A stretch of DNA of 64,000 bases from Fibrobacterota bacterium. Lineage in GTDB: Bacteria > Fibrobacterota > Fibrobacteria > UBA11236. A program made the position numbers and the translations under genes. Below are positions 10,155-20,139 of this stretch, piece by piece. The stretch lies in NCBI GenBank assembly GCA_947466585.1, contig CANIEU010000009.1:14923-78922 (forward strand). Reading direction: 5' to 3'. The notes under the pieces are model-generated. The model was not told the DNA's origin and ran no database searches. It was given only the letters and a program-made list of their open reading frames with translations. Numbering within the stretch: position 1 is the first letter of the stretch; each line of letters starts with the position of its first letter.

Positions 10155-10476
10155 CTTTTTCAATAGGGTTTTCAATAAGGTTTTCAGGTGTGCGTTCGGA
10201 GCCGTTTTTAGAGCGGTTTTCCGAACAGTTATTCGAACAGTTTTCCGTACAGAATTCCTGCGCATTTTGAGCAGGAATTTTAGGGACTTTGAACCTTATC
10301 AAAGGTAGCTTCGGGGGCGTTTTTTCGCAACAAAAACCCGCTTTATTCCCAAGGTTTCTGAGGTGTTTTCCGGGCCAGTTTTCAAGGCGTTTTCTAGATT
10401 CCGCGCTTCGTGTTTTCCGGCCCGAATTCCGGTTCCGGTTTCACAGTTTTTCCATGGTTTTCCCAAGGTTTTTTTT
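10155..10476. repeat. Degenerate ~12-bp periodic T-tract array in the divergent surE/hisS intergenic region
   Basis: TTTTCAATAGGG, TTTTCAATAAGG, TTTTCAGGTGTG ... TTTTCCGAACAG, TTATTCGAACAG, TTTTCCGTACAG; a similar period continues up to hisS. Confidence 0.65.
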
Positions 10477-10477
10477 C

Positions 10478-11761
10478 ATGGCCGCAGAGCACATTCAAAC
10501 TCCCAAGGGAACGCGCGATTTCTTCCCCGCCGACATGCGTTTACAAAACCATGTTTTCGATGGTTGGCGAAGTGTTTGTCGTTCCTTCGGTTACGAAGAA
10601 TACGAGGGCCCGACCTTCGAGCATCTCGAGTTGTACGTCGGTAAATCCGGTCCCGAGATCGTGGAGCAGCTCTATCACTTCAAGGACAAGGGCGATCGCG
10701 ATCTTGCCTTGCGGCCCGAGCTGACGCCGACCTTGGCCCGCATGGTCAACGCCAAGGGTCCCGCGCTGCGCAAGCCTCTCAAATGGTTCTCCATCCCGCG
10801 CCTGTACCGTTACGAACGCGCTCAGCGCGGCCGTTTACGCGAGTTCTTCCAGCTCAACATGGACATCGTTGGGTGCGACACCGTGGCGGCCGAAGCCGAT
10901 TTGATTGCGGCAGTGATCGAGATGCTGCGCGGGTTCGGCCTGGGCTCGAGTGACTTCGCGGTCCGCATTGCCAGCCGGGCCCTGCTGTCGGAATTCCTCG
11001 ACCGCCTCGGCGTCGCCGCCGACTGCAAAGCCGGGGTCTATGCCGCGCTCGACAAACGCGCCAAAATTGGCGAAGCAGAATTCCGCCGCCTGCTCGATGA
11101 ACTCGGCGCCGGGAACGTTACCCCCGATCTGGAGCGTTTCTTTCAGTGCCGTTCGTTGCAAGACCTGACGCAGGTGTTTCCGGATCCATCGGCCGGGGAA
11201 CATGCCGCGCTGCAAGATTTGCAAAACCTTTTCACCCTGCTTGCAGGGCTTGGTTTGGAAGATTCCCTCACCATCGACACCTCGGTGGTGCGCGGACTGG
11301 CCTACTACACCGGCATCGTGTTCGAAGTATTCGATAAGGGCATCGGCCTGCGCGCCTTAGCCGGCGGCGGACGCTACGACAGCCTGATGGCCAGCCTCGG
11401 CGGCGCGCCCGTTTCGGCGGTGGGCTTCGGCATGGGCGACGTCGTGCTTGCGGAACTTCTGAAGGAAAAGGATCTCTTGCCGCAGGGCCGTTCCGGGGTG
11501 GACTACTACCTCGCCGATCTCGCTTCCGGAGAATTGCCGCGCGCCGAAATGCTTGCGCTGGCACAACGCCTGCGCGGCGCGGGGCGTTCGGTGGCCTATT
11601 CCCTCAAGGGCGGCAAGTTCAAAAAACAGATGGAAGAAGCCAATGACGCGGGCGCGAAACGCGTCCTCTTTTTCGGCTCCGATCGTGCGCCTGCGGGCAG
11701 CTTCGAAGTGAAGGATCTCGCCAGCGGCGAACAACAAGTTTTAGAGGAAGCGTTACTATGA
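10478..11761 (+). CDS. hisS: Histidine--tRNA ligase
   Basis: PKGTRDF, LRPELT, RYERAQRGRLREFFQ, VRGLAYYTG and GGGRYD motifs; start ATG 10478. Confidence 0.96.
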   Translation: MAAEHIQTPKGTRDFFPADMRLQNHVFDGWRSVCRSFGYEEYEGPTFEHLELYVGKSGPEIVEQLYHFKDKGDRDLALRPELTPTLARMVNAKGPALRKPLKWFSIPRLYRYERAQRGRLREFFQLNMDIVGCDTVAAEADLIAAVIEMLRGFGLGSSDFAVRIASRALLSEFLDRLGVAADCKAGVYAALDKRAKIGEAEFRRLLDELGAGNVTPDLERFFQCRSLQDLTQVFPDPSAGEHAALQDLQNLFTLLAGLGLEDSLTIDTSVVRGLAYYTGIVFEVFDKGIGLRALAGGGRYDSLMASLGGAPVSAVGFGMGDVVLAELLKEKDLLPQGRSGVDYYLADLASGELPRAEMLALAQRLRGAGRSVAYSLKGGKFKKQMEEANDAGAKRVLFFGSDRAPAGSFEVKDLASGEQQVLEEALL

Positions 11762-12213
11762 AAAAATCCGCCAAAAAATCGATTAAGAAATCCGTCGCAG
11801 TGGCCCATGTCGCGGGCGCAGGTTCCTCCGAGACCTACGAGGGGCGCCAGTCCCATATCCCCGGGATGAAGATGCCCGAGATCGAGACCTGGGAGTTTCT
11901 GTACCCCGGAAGCGCGACCACGCTGGAAGTGAGCGTTCCCGAGTTCACCTGCATCTGTCCCAAAACCGGTTTGCCCGATTTCGCAACCTTGGTCATAGCT
12001 TACGTGCCGAATAAACTTTGCCTCGAGCTCAAGAGTTTCAAGGAATACATCAATTCCTTCCGCGAGATGGGCATCTTCCACGAGCACGTGGTGAACCGCG
12101 TGCTGGCCGACTGCGTGAAGGCCTGCAAGCCGCGTGAAATGGAAGTCCGCGGCGTATTCAACGCTCGCGGCGGCATTCAGACGACTGCGTCAGCCGCCTT
12201 CCGTTCCCGTTAA
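11758..12213 (+). CDS. queF: preQ0 reductase, short (unimodular) QueF
   Basis: PEFTCICPKTGLPDFA, ELKSFK.Y, FHE and RGGI motifs; ATGA overlap with hisS. Confidence 0.92.
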   Translation: MKKSAKKSIKKSVAVAHVAGAGSSETYEGRQSHIPGMKMPEIETWEFLYPGSATTLEVSVPEFTCICPKTGLPDFATLVIAYVPNKLCLELKSFKEYINSFREMGIFHEHVVNRVLADCVKACKPREMEVRGVFNARGGIQTTASAAFRSR

Positions 12214-12427
12214 TCGTTCCCACCATGGAGCGCTTCTTTCGCTGGCGGGAGTGGTAGGGTTCCACACCCGCCCTGCCTAATCCCTACCATCGATAAGGAT
12301 CAAGGTCTTATTGACACGGGATCTCGAGCGGAGAATCGCCTCCGAAGGCGCATCGATCACTCCCCGTTTTTTACATTTGCGGCTCTAAAATCGGCCCAAA
12401 CCTCTCCAAACCTGGAAAAGGAATCCC

Positions 12428-13501
12428 ATGAAAAAGGTCTACAACTTCAGCGCCGGCCCTGCCATCCTCCCGCGTGAGGCGATGGAAGCCGGTTCGCGTG
12501 CGTGCCTCGAATTTCAGGGCATGGGCATGTCCCTGCTCGAGATTTCGCATCGCTCGAAGGAGTTCGAGCAGGTTGTGGCCGATGCCGTCGCCATCGTGAA
12601 GGAATTGCTGGGTGTTCCCGATGGATACAAGGTGCTGTTTCTTCAGGGCGGCGCGAGCCTTCAATTCGCCATGGTTCCGATGAACCTGCTGGGAGACAAC
12701 GAAACCGCCGCTTACACGAACACGGGCGTCTGGGCCGACAAGGCGATCAAGGAAGCCAAACTGTTCGGCAACGTGAACGTGGTCGCTTCGAGCAAGGAAG
12801 CGAATTACACCTTCATCCCGAAGGACTATACCGTACCTGCCGACGCGCAGTACTTTCATGTCACCTCGAACAACACCATTTACGGCACGCAATTGCAGAG
12901 CTTTCCCGAGTCGCCGGTACCGCTGGTAGCGGACATGAGCAGCGATATCTTCAGCCGTCCGGTGGACGTGTCGAAGTTCGGCTTGATCTACGCCGGCTCG
13001 CAGAAGAACATGGGCATCGCGGGTACGACCTTGGTGATCATCCGTGAAGACTGGATGGGCAAGGGCAAACGCAAGCTGCCGTCGATGCTCGACTACAAGG
13101 TGCACGCCGACAACGATTCGATGTACAACACGCCTCCGGCGTTCGCCATCTACATGGCGCTTGAGACACTGAAGTGGGTGAAGGCGCAGGGCGGCGTGTC
13201 GGCCATGCAGACGCGCAACGAGGAAAAGGCCGCGACGCTGTACGCCGAGATCGACAACAACCCGCTGTTCAAGGGCACCTGTGCGGTGGAAGACCGTTCG
13301 CGCATGAACATCACCTTCGTGATGGAGAAGCCCGAACTGGAGAAGGAGTTCTTGAAGGAAGCCGAAGCCGCAGGGTTGTCGGGCCTCAAGGGACACCGTT
13401 CGGTGGGCGGCTTCCGTGCGAGCATCTACAACGCCATGGGCCTCGACGGCGTGCAGGCGTTGACTTCACTCATGCAGGACTTCGCCAAGCGTCACGCCTG
13501 A
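12428..13501 (+). CDS. serC: Phosphoserine aminotransferase
   Basis: [34 protein letters not shown] and [15 protein letters not shown] motifs. Confidence 0.96.
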   Translation: MKKVYNFSAGPAILPREAMEAGSRACLEFQGMGMSLLEISHRSKEFEQVVADAVAIVKELLGVPDGYKVLFLQGGASLQFAMVPMNLLGDNETAAYTNTGVWADKAIKEAKLFGNVNVVASSKEANYTFIPKDYTVPADAQYFHVTSNNTIYGTQLQSFPESPVPLVADMSSDIFSRPVDVSKFGLIYAGSQKNMGIAGTTLVIIREDWMGKGKRKLPSMLDYKVHADNDSMYNTPPAFAIYMALETLKWVKAQGGVSAMQTRNEEKAATLYAEIDNNPLFKGTCAVEDRSRMNITFVMEKPELEKEFLKEAEAAGLSGLKGHRSVGGFRASIYNAMGLDGVQALTSLMQDFAKRHA

Positions 13502-13525
13502 TCCAAGCGGCGCTGTCCGAGAACG

Positions 13526-13559
13526 AGCCCGACCGGTTTTCCGGCCGGGCTTTTTTTTG
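13526..13559 (+). terminator. Intrinsic terminator after serC
   Basis: GCCCGACCGG-TTTT-CCGGCCGGGC followed by T8. Confidence 0.85.
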
Positions 13560-13793
13560 TGCTGCCGCATCAAAATTCGTCGAAAACCCCAAAATGACGT
13601 AAATACCGAAAAAGTACCTGTTAGAAGGCTGATTCGGTACGAGAGGAGGACCGCCATCCCCGTCTCATAGGGGATAATTGCGCCGAAAAGGCCATTTGTT
13701 GCAATGTATGGATAATGAAGGCACCGCGTGATAGTACCAAAATATGCCGATTTAATGCAAATACGTGCGTTCAATTGGTGTTTAATTCATACC

Positions 13794-15254
13794 ATGCCCG
13801 TTACCAGAGCCCAGGAATTCCAGCAATGGATTCTTGCCGAGATCGCAAAATTACCTGCGGACACCTGTCTGCCTCCCGATCGGGAATTAAGCGCGCAATG
13901 GGGACTTTCGACCATCACGGTGCAGCGTGTGCTAGCCAAGCTGCGCGACGAGGGCACGGTGATCCGAATTCCCGGCAAGGGTACGTTCACGCCCAACGGC
14001 AACAAGATGGGCCTGACCACCTTGCAGATCAAGGCCGGCACCCTGCGTGAATCCTCGGTGGAACATTTGGTCAGCAGTTTGGTGCGATTGATCTCCGAGG
14101 GCGTGTATCGCAAAGGCAAGGCGCTGCCCCCGGTCAAGTTCGTGCGCAATCAGTTCAAGGTGTCTTCCGAGACGGTGACCACGGCCTACCAGCGGCTCGA
14201 GCAACTCGGGTATGTCGAAAAAATCGGGAAGAGCTATTGGGTGGGCCGGCTCGATCAGCTGATGACGCAGCATGCCGTTCAGGAAGTGTTCTTTTTGCGT
14301 TTCGGGACCGACGATTTCCAGGAGATCTTCAATTCCGAACCGATCGCCTTGGCCTTCCAGAAAATGGAGCGCGAGCTTTACAACGGCGGATACTTTCTTC
14401 ATCCCGAAAAGGCCGAGAACCTTCCCGAGCTTGCCCGGGAGTGGGAAGCCAAATGGCGCTACCCCGCGGGCATCGTCTTTTACGCGGTGGACCCGTCGCA
14501 CCTGCCCTTTCTGCGCGACTTCTTCGACAAGCACGGCGCGCAACTTAAAAACCGCGTGCGCGTGCTGGTGCACGGAGCCAACGGCAATCTCACCGAGCTG
14601 GTGCCGCACGCCCAGGTGTTTCTGCGTGGGAACGTCGATACCGAGAAGGCACGCGTACTCGCGTACTATCTGCTCAACGCAGGATACCGGGAGGCGAATT
14701 TCTGTATCGATGAAACCGATCTCTCGGAGTTCGTGGATGTGCGCTTCTTTTTGAAGATCGCGCTTTCGGTAAAGAACATCATTCCCGACTTCGTGTTCCG
14801 CTTCATCATCCGGCCCAAGCCCGGGTCAACGGTGCGCCTGGCGTTTTCAGACCATCTCGACGAGGGGTATCGCACCTACCTCAAAAGCAAGTATCCCAAC
14901 GCCAATCTCGAAAACCTCGAGAGTCACGTGCAGTTCAGCACCGAGCCCTTTGCCGCCTGCGCGGAGCACCCTGCCACTCGCATCTGGATTTTCTTCCGGG
15001 ATCAAATGGCCGCCGAGGCGATGGATTGGCTCCGCGCACGGGGAAAGAGCGTTCCGCAAGACGTGGCGATCGCCGGGTTTCAGAACGACCCGCGCTACTA
15101 CCACCTCGGCATCAGTACCTGCGGGCCCGATTGGGACAACATGGGTTATGTGATGGCCCACGCCATCATCGGCGACATCAAGCTGTCGAAATCCCGCAAG
15201 GGCTTTGTGAAGGTCCGCTGCCACATGGTGGACAAGCTGACGACGCCGCGGTAG
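13794..15254 (+). CDS. Transcriptional regulator with two tandem GntR-type wHTH domains and a C-terminal LacI/PBP-like region
   Basis: LPPDRELSAQWGLSTITVQRVLAKLRDEG...GKGTF and LPPVKFVRNQFKVSSETVTTAYQRLEQLG; C-terminal VPQDVAIAGF. Confidence 0.8.
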   Translation: MPVTRAQEFQQWILAEIAKLPADTCLPPDRELSAQWGLSTITVQRVLAKLRDEGTVIRIPGKGTFTPNGNKMGLTTLQIKAGTLRESSVEHLVSSLVRLISEGVYRKGKALPPVKFVRNQFKVSSETVTTAYQRLEQLGYVEKIGKSYWVGRLDQLMTQHAVQEVFFLRFGTDDFQEIFNSEPIALAFQKMERELYNGGYFLHPEKAENLPELAREWEAKWRYPAGIVFYAVDPSHLPFLRDFFDKHGAQLKNRVRVLVHGANGNLTELVPHAQVFLRGNVDTEKARVLAYYLLNAGYREANFCIDETDLSEFVDVRFFLKIALSVKNIIPDFVFRFIIRPKPGSTVRLAFSDHLDEGYRTYLKSKYPNANLENLESHVQFSTEPFAACAEHPATRIWIFFRDQMAAEAMDWLRARGKSVPQDVAIAGFQNDPRYYHLGISTCGPDWDNMGYVMAHAIIGDIKLSKSRKGFVKVRCHMVDKLTTPR

Positions 15255-15262
15255 GAGACGAA

Positions 15263-15407
15263 GAGTGGCTGGGCATGAGTGGTTGGGAATGAGTGACTAG
15301 TGGCTAGCAACACGTCAGGAAACGAGAGATCCTGGATTTCCTTGTTCTCTCTTTACAAGCCACTAACCACTTGTCACTACCCACTACCCACTAGTCACCA
15401 ACCACTC
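15263..15407. repeat. Heptamer-array inverted-repeat element (NAGTGGN arm ... NCCACTA arm)
   Basis: GAGTGGC/GAGTGGT/GAGTGAC/TAGTGGC at 15263-15304; GCCACTA/GTCACTA/CCCACTA/CCCACTA/ACCACTC at 15359-15407; lies between convergent genes. Confidence 0.8.
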
Positions 15408-16202
15408 AAGTGTCGAGGAATTGAATTCCTCCACCGCTTCCCAGTGATGCACGTGGCCCCAGCGCCCGAACACCTTGAGTTTGCTGCCCGCGATGCGGCT
15501 GTGCAAATACTCGCTGTAGCTCATAGGCGTGAAGATATCCGCTGAACCGATGGTGATCAGGCAGGGTACCTTGATCTCGTGCACGTTTGCGGTGGTGTCG
15601 TGGGTGATGCAGGCGGAAGCCTGCGCGGCGAAGGCGTGCTGCGGCATCCAATCACCCCTTGCTGCGGTATCGGGGCCGGAGCTCTGAATCGCGGCCTTCA
15701 GTTCCGCGCTGTGCGCATTGGTCCACTCCGGTGTCCAAATCCAGAGGAAGAGCAGTTCCTGGAAATCTTCGGGCTTCACCACCGCGCGCACCTTGGAGAG
15801 GTTTTCGAATACCGTGGCGGCGTAGGGGCTGAACTTCGCCCAAGTGCATACCAGCACCATGGAGCGGACGAGATCAGGATGACGCAACGCGATTTGCTGG
15901 GCGATGGCTCCGCCCATGGAAATGCCCGCAAGCCGCACCTTGCCCAAACCCAGGCCGCGGATCAGACCCGCGTAGTCATCCGCCATTTGTGCGGTGGTGT
16001 ACGGGCCTTCGGGTTTGTCCGATTCGCCGGTGCCGCGGTTGTCGACGAGAAAGCACCGGAAAATGTTGGCGTAGGCTTGGGCATGAGCTTCCCACACCTG
16101 TCCGTCGGCTCCGAGGCCCATGATCAGCACTAAAGGTTCTCCGGTGCCGCGTTCTTCGTAAGCAATGCGTATGCCGTTGGTCTCAATGAATTTCTTGATC
16201 AC
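15384..16202 (-). CDS. Alpha/beta fold hydrolase
   Basis: DNRGTG, nucleophile elbow GISMGG, G..D and GH near the C-terminus. Confidence 0.9.
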   Translation of the reverse strand: MIKKFIETNGIRIAYEERGTGEPLVLIMGLGADGQVWEAHAQAYANIFRCFLVDNRGTGESDKPEGPYTTAQMADDYAGLIRGLGLGKVRLAGISMGGAIAQQIALRHPDLVRSMVLVCTWAKFSPYAATVFENLSKVRAVVKPEDFQELLFLWIWTPEWTNAHSAELKAAIQSSGPDTAARGDWMPQHAFAAQASACITHDTTANVHEIKVPCLITIGSADIFTPMSYSEYLHSRIAGSKLKVFGRWGHVHHWEAVEEFNSSTLEWLVTSG

Positions 16203-16334
16203 GGGGCTCCTTGACCGGTTGCGGGACTCTCACATTCTAACCTCTAGGAGACCGGTGCGCCCGGGAAATTCAACCTTCCCCGTACCGGTAATGCATCGAA
16301 ACCGCACCGCCCCGCAAGGGCGTTCCGTGCGGGC

Positions 16335-17615
16335 TCAGCGGATTTTGGTCGGTTCCGCTTTAGTTTCCACCTTGGGTTCCAATTTCGGTTCCAGCTTGGG
16401 TTCCACCGCATCCCGCGGTTTGGTCTCGCGGATTTTGGGGTCCTTGTTCACCATTTGATTCTCCTGCACGATCGGCGCTTCGGTGCCCGTATTGTCCGAG
16501 ACCATGCCTTCTGCGGCAGCAGCTTCCGCCGCCGATGCCGCAGAGTCGGCGCGCAGCGCCAGCATGGCCCGGTAGCGCGCCCGGTTGCCCGCAGCGATGA
16601 TGATGAAGCCGTTGTGCTCGGCGTAGGTTTCACTGAAATAATGAGCGTGCGACCCGTCGTCCTTGGCCACAAAGAACATCATTCGGGTACCCTCCGGATG
16701 GAGCGCGGCGCGCAACGCCGATTCCCCCGGGCTGCAAATAGGTCCCGGAGGCAGTCCGGTAAAGCGGCGCGTGTTGTACAGGGAGTGCGACTGCAGATCT
16801 TCTTTGCGCAGGGGAGAGGTCATCTTGCGCACGGCGAAACGCACCGTGGGATCGGCGCCCAGCGACCAGCCTTTGCGCAGGCGGTTGTGAAACACGCCGG
16901 AGATGGTTTTCTGCTCGCGCTTCACCGCTGCTTCCTTCTCCACGATCGAGGCCATGGTGACCAGCCCGTTCACCCCGTACTGTTTTACGAACTCCGACTC
17001 TTCGATCGGCAGCGTGGCGAGCACCTCCTGAAAGCGCGACACCAGCAGGCGGAGCACATCCTGTTCCTTCAGTTTCCACGGCACGATATAGGTGTCGGGA
17101 TAGAGGTAGCCCTCCAGGTCGGAAGCCTGCAGTCCTAAGGAGTGTGCGAATTCTTCCGAGTGCACCAGCGACTCGAATTGCAGCGAGTCGAGAGGAAAAT
17201 ATTTTTTCAGAATGCCGTAAATTTCCCAACTGGCCCTGCCTTCGGGAATGGTCATGGAGCGCGTGGCCATTTCGCCGAAGGTCAGCTTGGTGGCGATTTC
17301 CATAATCGAATTGCGCGGGGGCAGGTAATAGAACCCCGAACGGATGCGACGCTCCCAACCGGTGATACGCAGCACCACCTTGAGCACGCGGGGGAAGGCG
17401 ATCAACCCTTTTTCATGCAGGTCGGTCACCAAGGCATTGGCCGTAATGTTTTCGGGAACTTCGTAGAGAACGCGTGGCGGGAGGTCGGCGGCGGCGCTTT
17501 CGAACAGCGGCCATTTGCCCCACAACAGAAATCCCGTGATGGCGACCAACAAAGCGGCCAGCACGATCGCGCGCGTCACAAATGTTCGGGTTTTTTTGAT
17601 CCAGGCCGCGGTCAT
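16335..17615 (-). CDS. mltG: Endolytic transglycosylase MltG
   Basis: N-terminal TM; TIPEG, LEGYLYPDTY, ASIVEKE, DPTV and YNT...GLPPGPICSPG motifs; low-complexity C-tail. Confidence 0.93.
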   Translation of the reverse strand: MTAAWIKKTRTFVTRAIVLAALLVAITGFLLWGKWPLFESAAADLPPRVLYEVPENITANALVTDLHEKGLIAFPRVLKVVLRITGWERRIRSGFYYLPPRNSIMEIATKLTFGEMATRSMTIPEGRASWEIYGILKKYFPLDSLQFESLVHSEEFAHSLGLQASDLEGYLYPDTYIVPWKLKEQDVLRLLVSRFQEVLATLPIEESEFVKQYGVNGLVTMASIVEKEAAVKREQKTISGVFHNRLRKGWSLGADPTVRFAVRKMTSPLRKEDLQSHSLYNTRRFTGLPPGPICSPGESALRAALHPEGTRMMFFVAKDDGSHAHYFSETYAEHNGFIIIAAGNRARYRAMLALRADSAASAAEAAAAEGMVSDNTGTEAPIVQENQMVNKDPKIRETKPRDAVEPKLEPKLEPKVETKAEPTKIR

Positions 17616-17756
17616 GGTCAGAGCTCCTCCGGCGTGTTCACCTATTTCACCTAATGTAGGCGTTCCCGAGGCGGTTCATGGGGCACTTCGGAAGAAAGTA
17701 CAAGAACGGGGCGCGCGTTCGTACGGATCGATTGCGAACCGCGTGCCCGTCGTTGG

Positions 17757-18755
17757 TTAGTTCCAGCCGTCGCTGGCGGGTTTCCCTGCGCGCGAAAGGC
17801 CGTAAGCCTCGAGCTTGAACTCCGCCAAGCCAAGGCGGCTTGCAGAAGAGGTCAGTAGTACCGGGCACTTTTCTTTTTTGAAACGTTTGTCGATGGGGAA
17901 TTCCCCGAGGTCGCATTTGCTCAGCACGATGAGCTTCGGCTTTTCGAGCAGCAAGGGATGGAACTTTTCCAGTTCCTTGCGCAGGATTTTGTACTGGCCA
18001 TACGGATCTTCACCCGAAGCGTCGATGGTGAACGCAAGGCAACGCGTGCGTTCGATGTGACGTAAAAAGCGATGACCCAAACCCTTGCCTTCGGCGGCAC
18101 CTTCGATGATGCCGGGAATGTCGACCAGAACGAAGCTGGCGCCGGGAGCGATGCTCACCACGCCGAGCGCGGGCTTGAGGGTGGTGAAGGGGTAGTCGGC
18201 AACCTTCGGGGTGGCCGAAGAGACCGCGCGCACCAGCGAGCTTTTGCCCGCATTCGGAAAGCCGACCAAACCGCAATCGGCCAGCAGTTTCAATTCGAGC
18301 GCCAAGCGGCGGCGTCCGCCGGGAGCGCCGGGGGTGAATTGACGGGGAGCCTGGTTGCGCGAGCTTTTAAAGGCCGTGTTGCCGGCGCCGCCGCGACCGC
18401 CTTCGGCGATGATGACGCGCTGACCGTCTTTTTTAAGGTCGGCGAGAACTTCGCCGGTGTCGGCGTCTTTGACCAAGGTGCCGGCAGGGAGCAGCAGGAT
18501 CTGATCCACGCCGCTGCGGCCGGTACAATCGCCGGTGCCGCCCTTTTCGCCGTTTTCCGCCTTGAAAATGCGGCTTTGGCCGATGTCGTAGAGGGTGTGG
18601 CGATCCTTGCTGGCCACCAGAATCACGTGGCCGCCGCGGCCTCCGTTGCCACCGGCGGGACCGCCCATGGGCACGTATTTCTCGTGCCGGAAAGCGACCA
18701 TTCCGTCGCCCCCTTTGCCCGCAAGGACCTCGATCTTCGTTTCATCCAAAAACAT
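17757..18755 (-). CDS. obgE: GTPase ObgE/CgtA
   Basis: MFLDE start (ATG 18755), Gly-rich Obg domain, GFPNAGKS, YPFTT and DIPGIIEGA motifs. Confidence 0.96.
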   Translation of the reverse strand: MFLDETKIEVLAGKGGDGMVAFRHEKYVPMGGPAGGNGGRGGHVILVASKDRHTLYDIGQSRIFKAENGEKGGTGDCTGRSGVDQILLLPAGTLVKDADTGEVLADLKKDGQRVIIAEGGRGGAGNTAFKSSRNQAPRQFTPGAPGGRRRLALELKLLADCGLVGFPNAGKSSLVRAVSSATPKVADYPFTTLKPALGVVSIAPGASFVLVDIPGIIEGAAEGKGLGHRFLRHIERTRCLAFTIDASGEDPYGQYKILRKELEKFHPLLLEKPKLIVLSKCDLGEFPIDKRFKKEKCPVLLTSSASRLGLAEFKLEAYGLSRAGKPASDGWN

Positions 18756-18871
18756 GAGATCGGTAAAGGTAGAATCAATGCCGGTCGAGCGTTGCCTTCC
18801 CTTTACAGTCCTTTCGACTGCCCTGCAGTCGTATTGTCTTCCCTGCATGGGGGAACTAACTTGCCCGTTCC

Positions 18872-19390
18872 ATGTATTCCAAAGGTCCCACCCGCTTCGG
18901 CACCCCCGAAGGCTATATCGAATCCCTGCTGCAACGTTTGCGCGAGGACGATGCCAGCGTGTTGGCCGATTTTCTGGACTGGCAAAGCAAGCCGCTCGAG
19001 TTTTTTGAAAAGGTCGAGGGTGCCCACGAATTTCTCGACCAACTGACGTTCAAGATCAAGGAAAGCAAATCGCGGATGAGCAAGGACATGCTCACCCAGT
19101 TTTCCCTCGATTTTCTGCGCAATACGTTGGTCTCGTACGGCTACAATCCGAAGTTCGTGGCGGTGCAGTGTAAGGCGCTGATCACCTATTACCAGAATCA
19201 GAAAAATCTGGCCAAGGCGATCGAGGTTTGCGAGTTTCTGATTGAGAATGGAATCACCGACGACGACGCCCGGGGATTTCACGTGCGTCTCGACGAATTC
19301 CACCGCCTCAAGAAAAAGGTCGACGAACGCGGGGGAGACCTCAGCGGCATCACCTTCGTCCCGATCGAAGACGATGAGGACGAAGAGTAG
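18872..19390 (+). CDS. Hypothetical soluble helical protein
   Basis: 172 aa, genome-typical codons, acidic tail; no motif recognised. Confidence 0.7.
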   Translation: MYSKGPTRFGTPEGYIESLLQRLREDDASVLADFLDWQSKPLEFFEKVEGAHEFLDQLTFKIKESKSRMSKDMLTQFSLDFLRNTLVSYGYNPKFVAVQCKALITYYQNQKNLAKAIEVCEFLIENGITDDDARGFHVRLDEFHRLKKKVDERGGDLSGITFVPIEDDEDEE

Positions 19391-19399
19391 GGAAGGGTA

Positions 19400-19506
19400 G
19401 GTAGTCGGTAGTAGGTAGACGGTAGCGAAAACGTCTCGACCACGCGCCGCGTAGTTTCCCGAAAAGATCTTCCGTGTTCTCTACCGTCTACCTACTACCG
19501 ACTACC
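19400..19506. repeat. Heptamer-array inverted-repeat element with perfect 26-bp arms
   Basis: GGTAGTCGGTAGTAGGTAGACGGTAG (19400-19425) is the exact reverse complement of 19481-19506. Confidence 0.9.
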
Positions 19507-19508
19507 GT

Positions 19509-20105
19509 CTATTTCACAATTCCCTGTAGCTCTTTGAACTCCGCCGTACCGGCTTTGCGGAGCCATTCGAACATGACCATTTCAACCGTCACGATTTGCG
19601 CACCATGGGTTTCCATGCGGCGCAGCGCCGCGCGCTTGTCCGACTCCTTGCGCGACGAAACCGCATCCTCCACTACAGAGACGGCCACATCGGGGTTTCG
19701 GGCCAAATCCAGCGCGGTTTGCAAAATGCACACGTGCGTTTCGACGCCGCAGAGCAAAAGCTGATCGCGTCCCGAGTCCGAAAGCTTTTTCAGGGCCGCT
19801 ACCCATTCCGGAACGTCGCAGGCGCTGAAGGCGAGTTTTTCGAGGATCGGGGTCCCTGTCTGCAGCTCTGCCGCGATGGTTCCCAATGTGGGCCCGAGTG
19901 CCTTGGGGTACTGTTCGGTGACCAGCGCAGGAACGCCGAGGCGTGCGGCGGCCTTCGCCAAAATCGCGATGCGATTTCCCACGGCGTCCATGTTCTCGAC
20001 GGCGCCGTAAAACTTTTCCTGCGCGTCGATGATGAGTAACACGGAACGCGACGCGTCTAGTAGGGAAGGGCTGCGGTTGGCCGGGGATTTCTCGGGGAAG
20101 AGCAT
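19509..20105 (-). CDS. Isochorismatase-family hydrolase
   Basis: IIDAQE, TEQYPKALGPT, K..FS and GVETHVCILQTALD motifs. Confidence 0.9.
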   Translation of the reverse strand: MLFPEKSPANRSPSLLDASRSVLLIIDAQEKFYGAVENMDAVGNRIAILAKAAARLGVPALVTEQYPKALGPTLGTIAAELQTGTPILEKLAFSACDVPEWVAALKKLSDSGRDQLLLCGVETHVCILQTALDLARNPDVAVSVVEDAVSSRKESDKRAALRRMETHGAQIVTVEMVMFEWLRKAGTAEFKELQGIVK

Positions 20106-20139
20106 GGGCGTAAGATAACCAGACAAATCTCACGCTGTG

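Noticed and set aside
10150..10477. N-terminal extensions of SurE and HisS in the ORF track
   Set aside because: They arise from the 12-bp periodic tract; conserved N-terminal motifs begin at 10149 and 10478.
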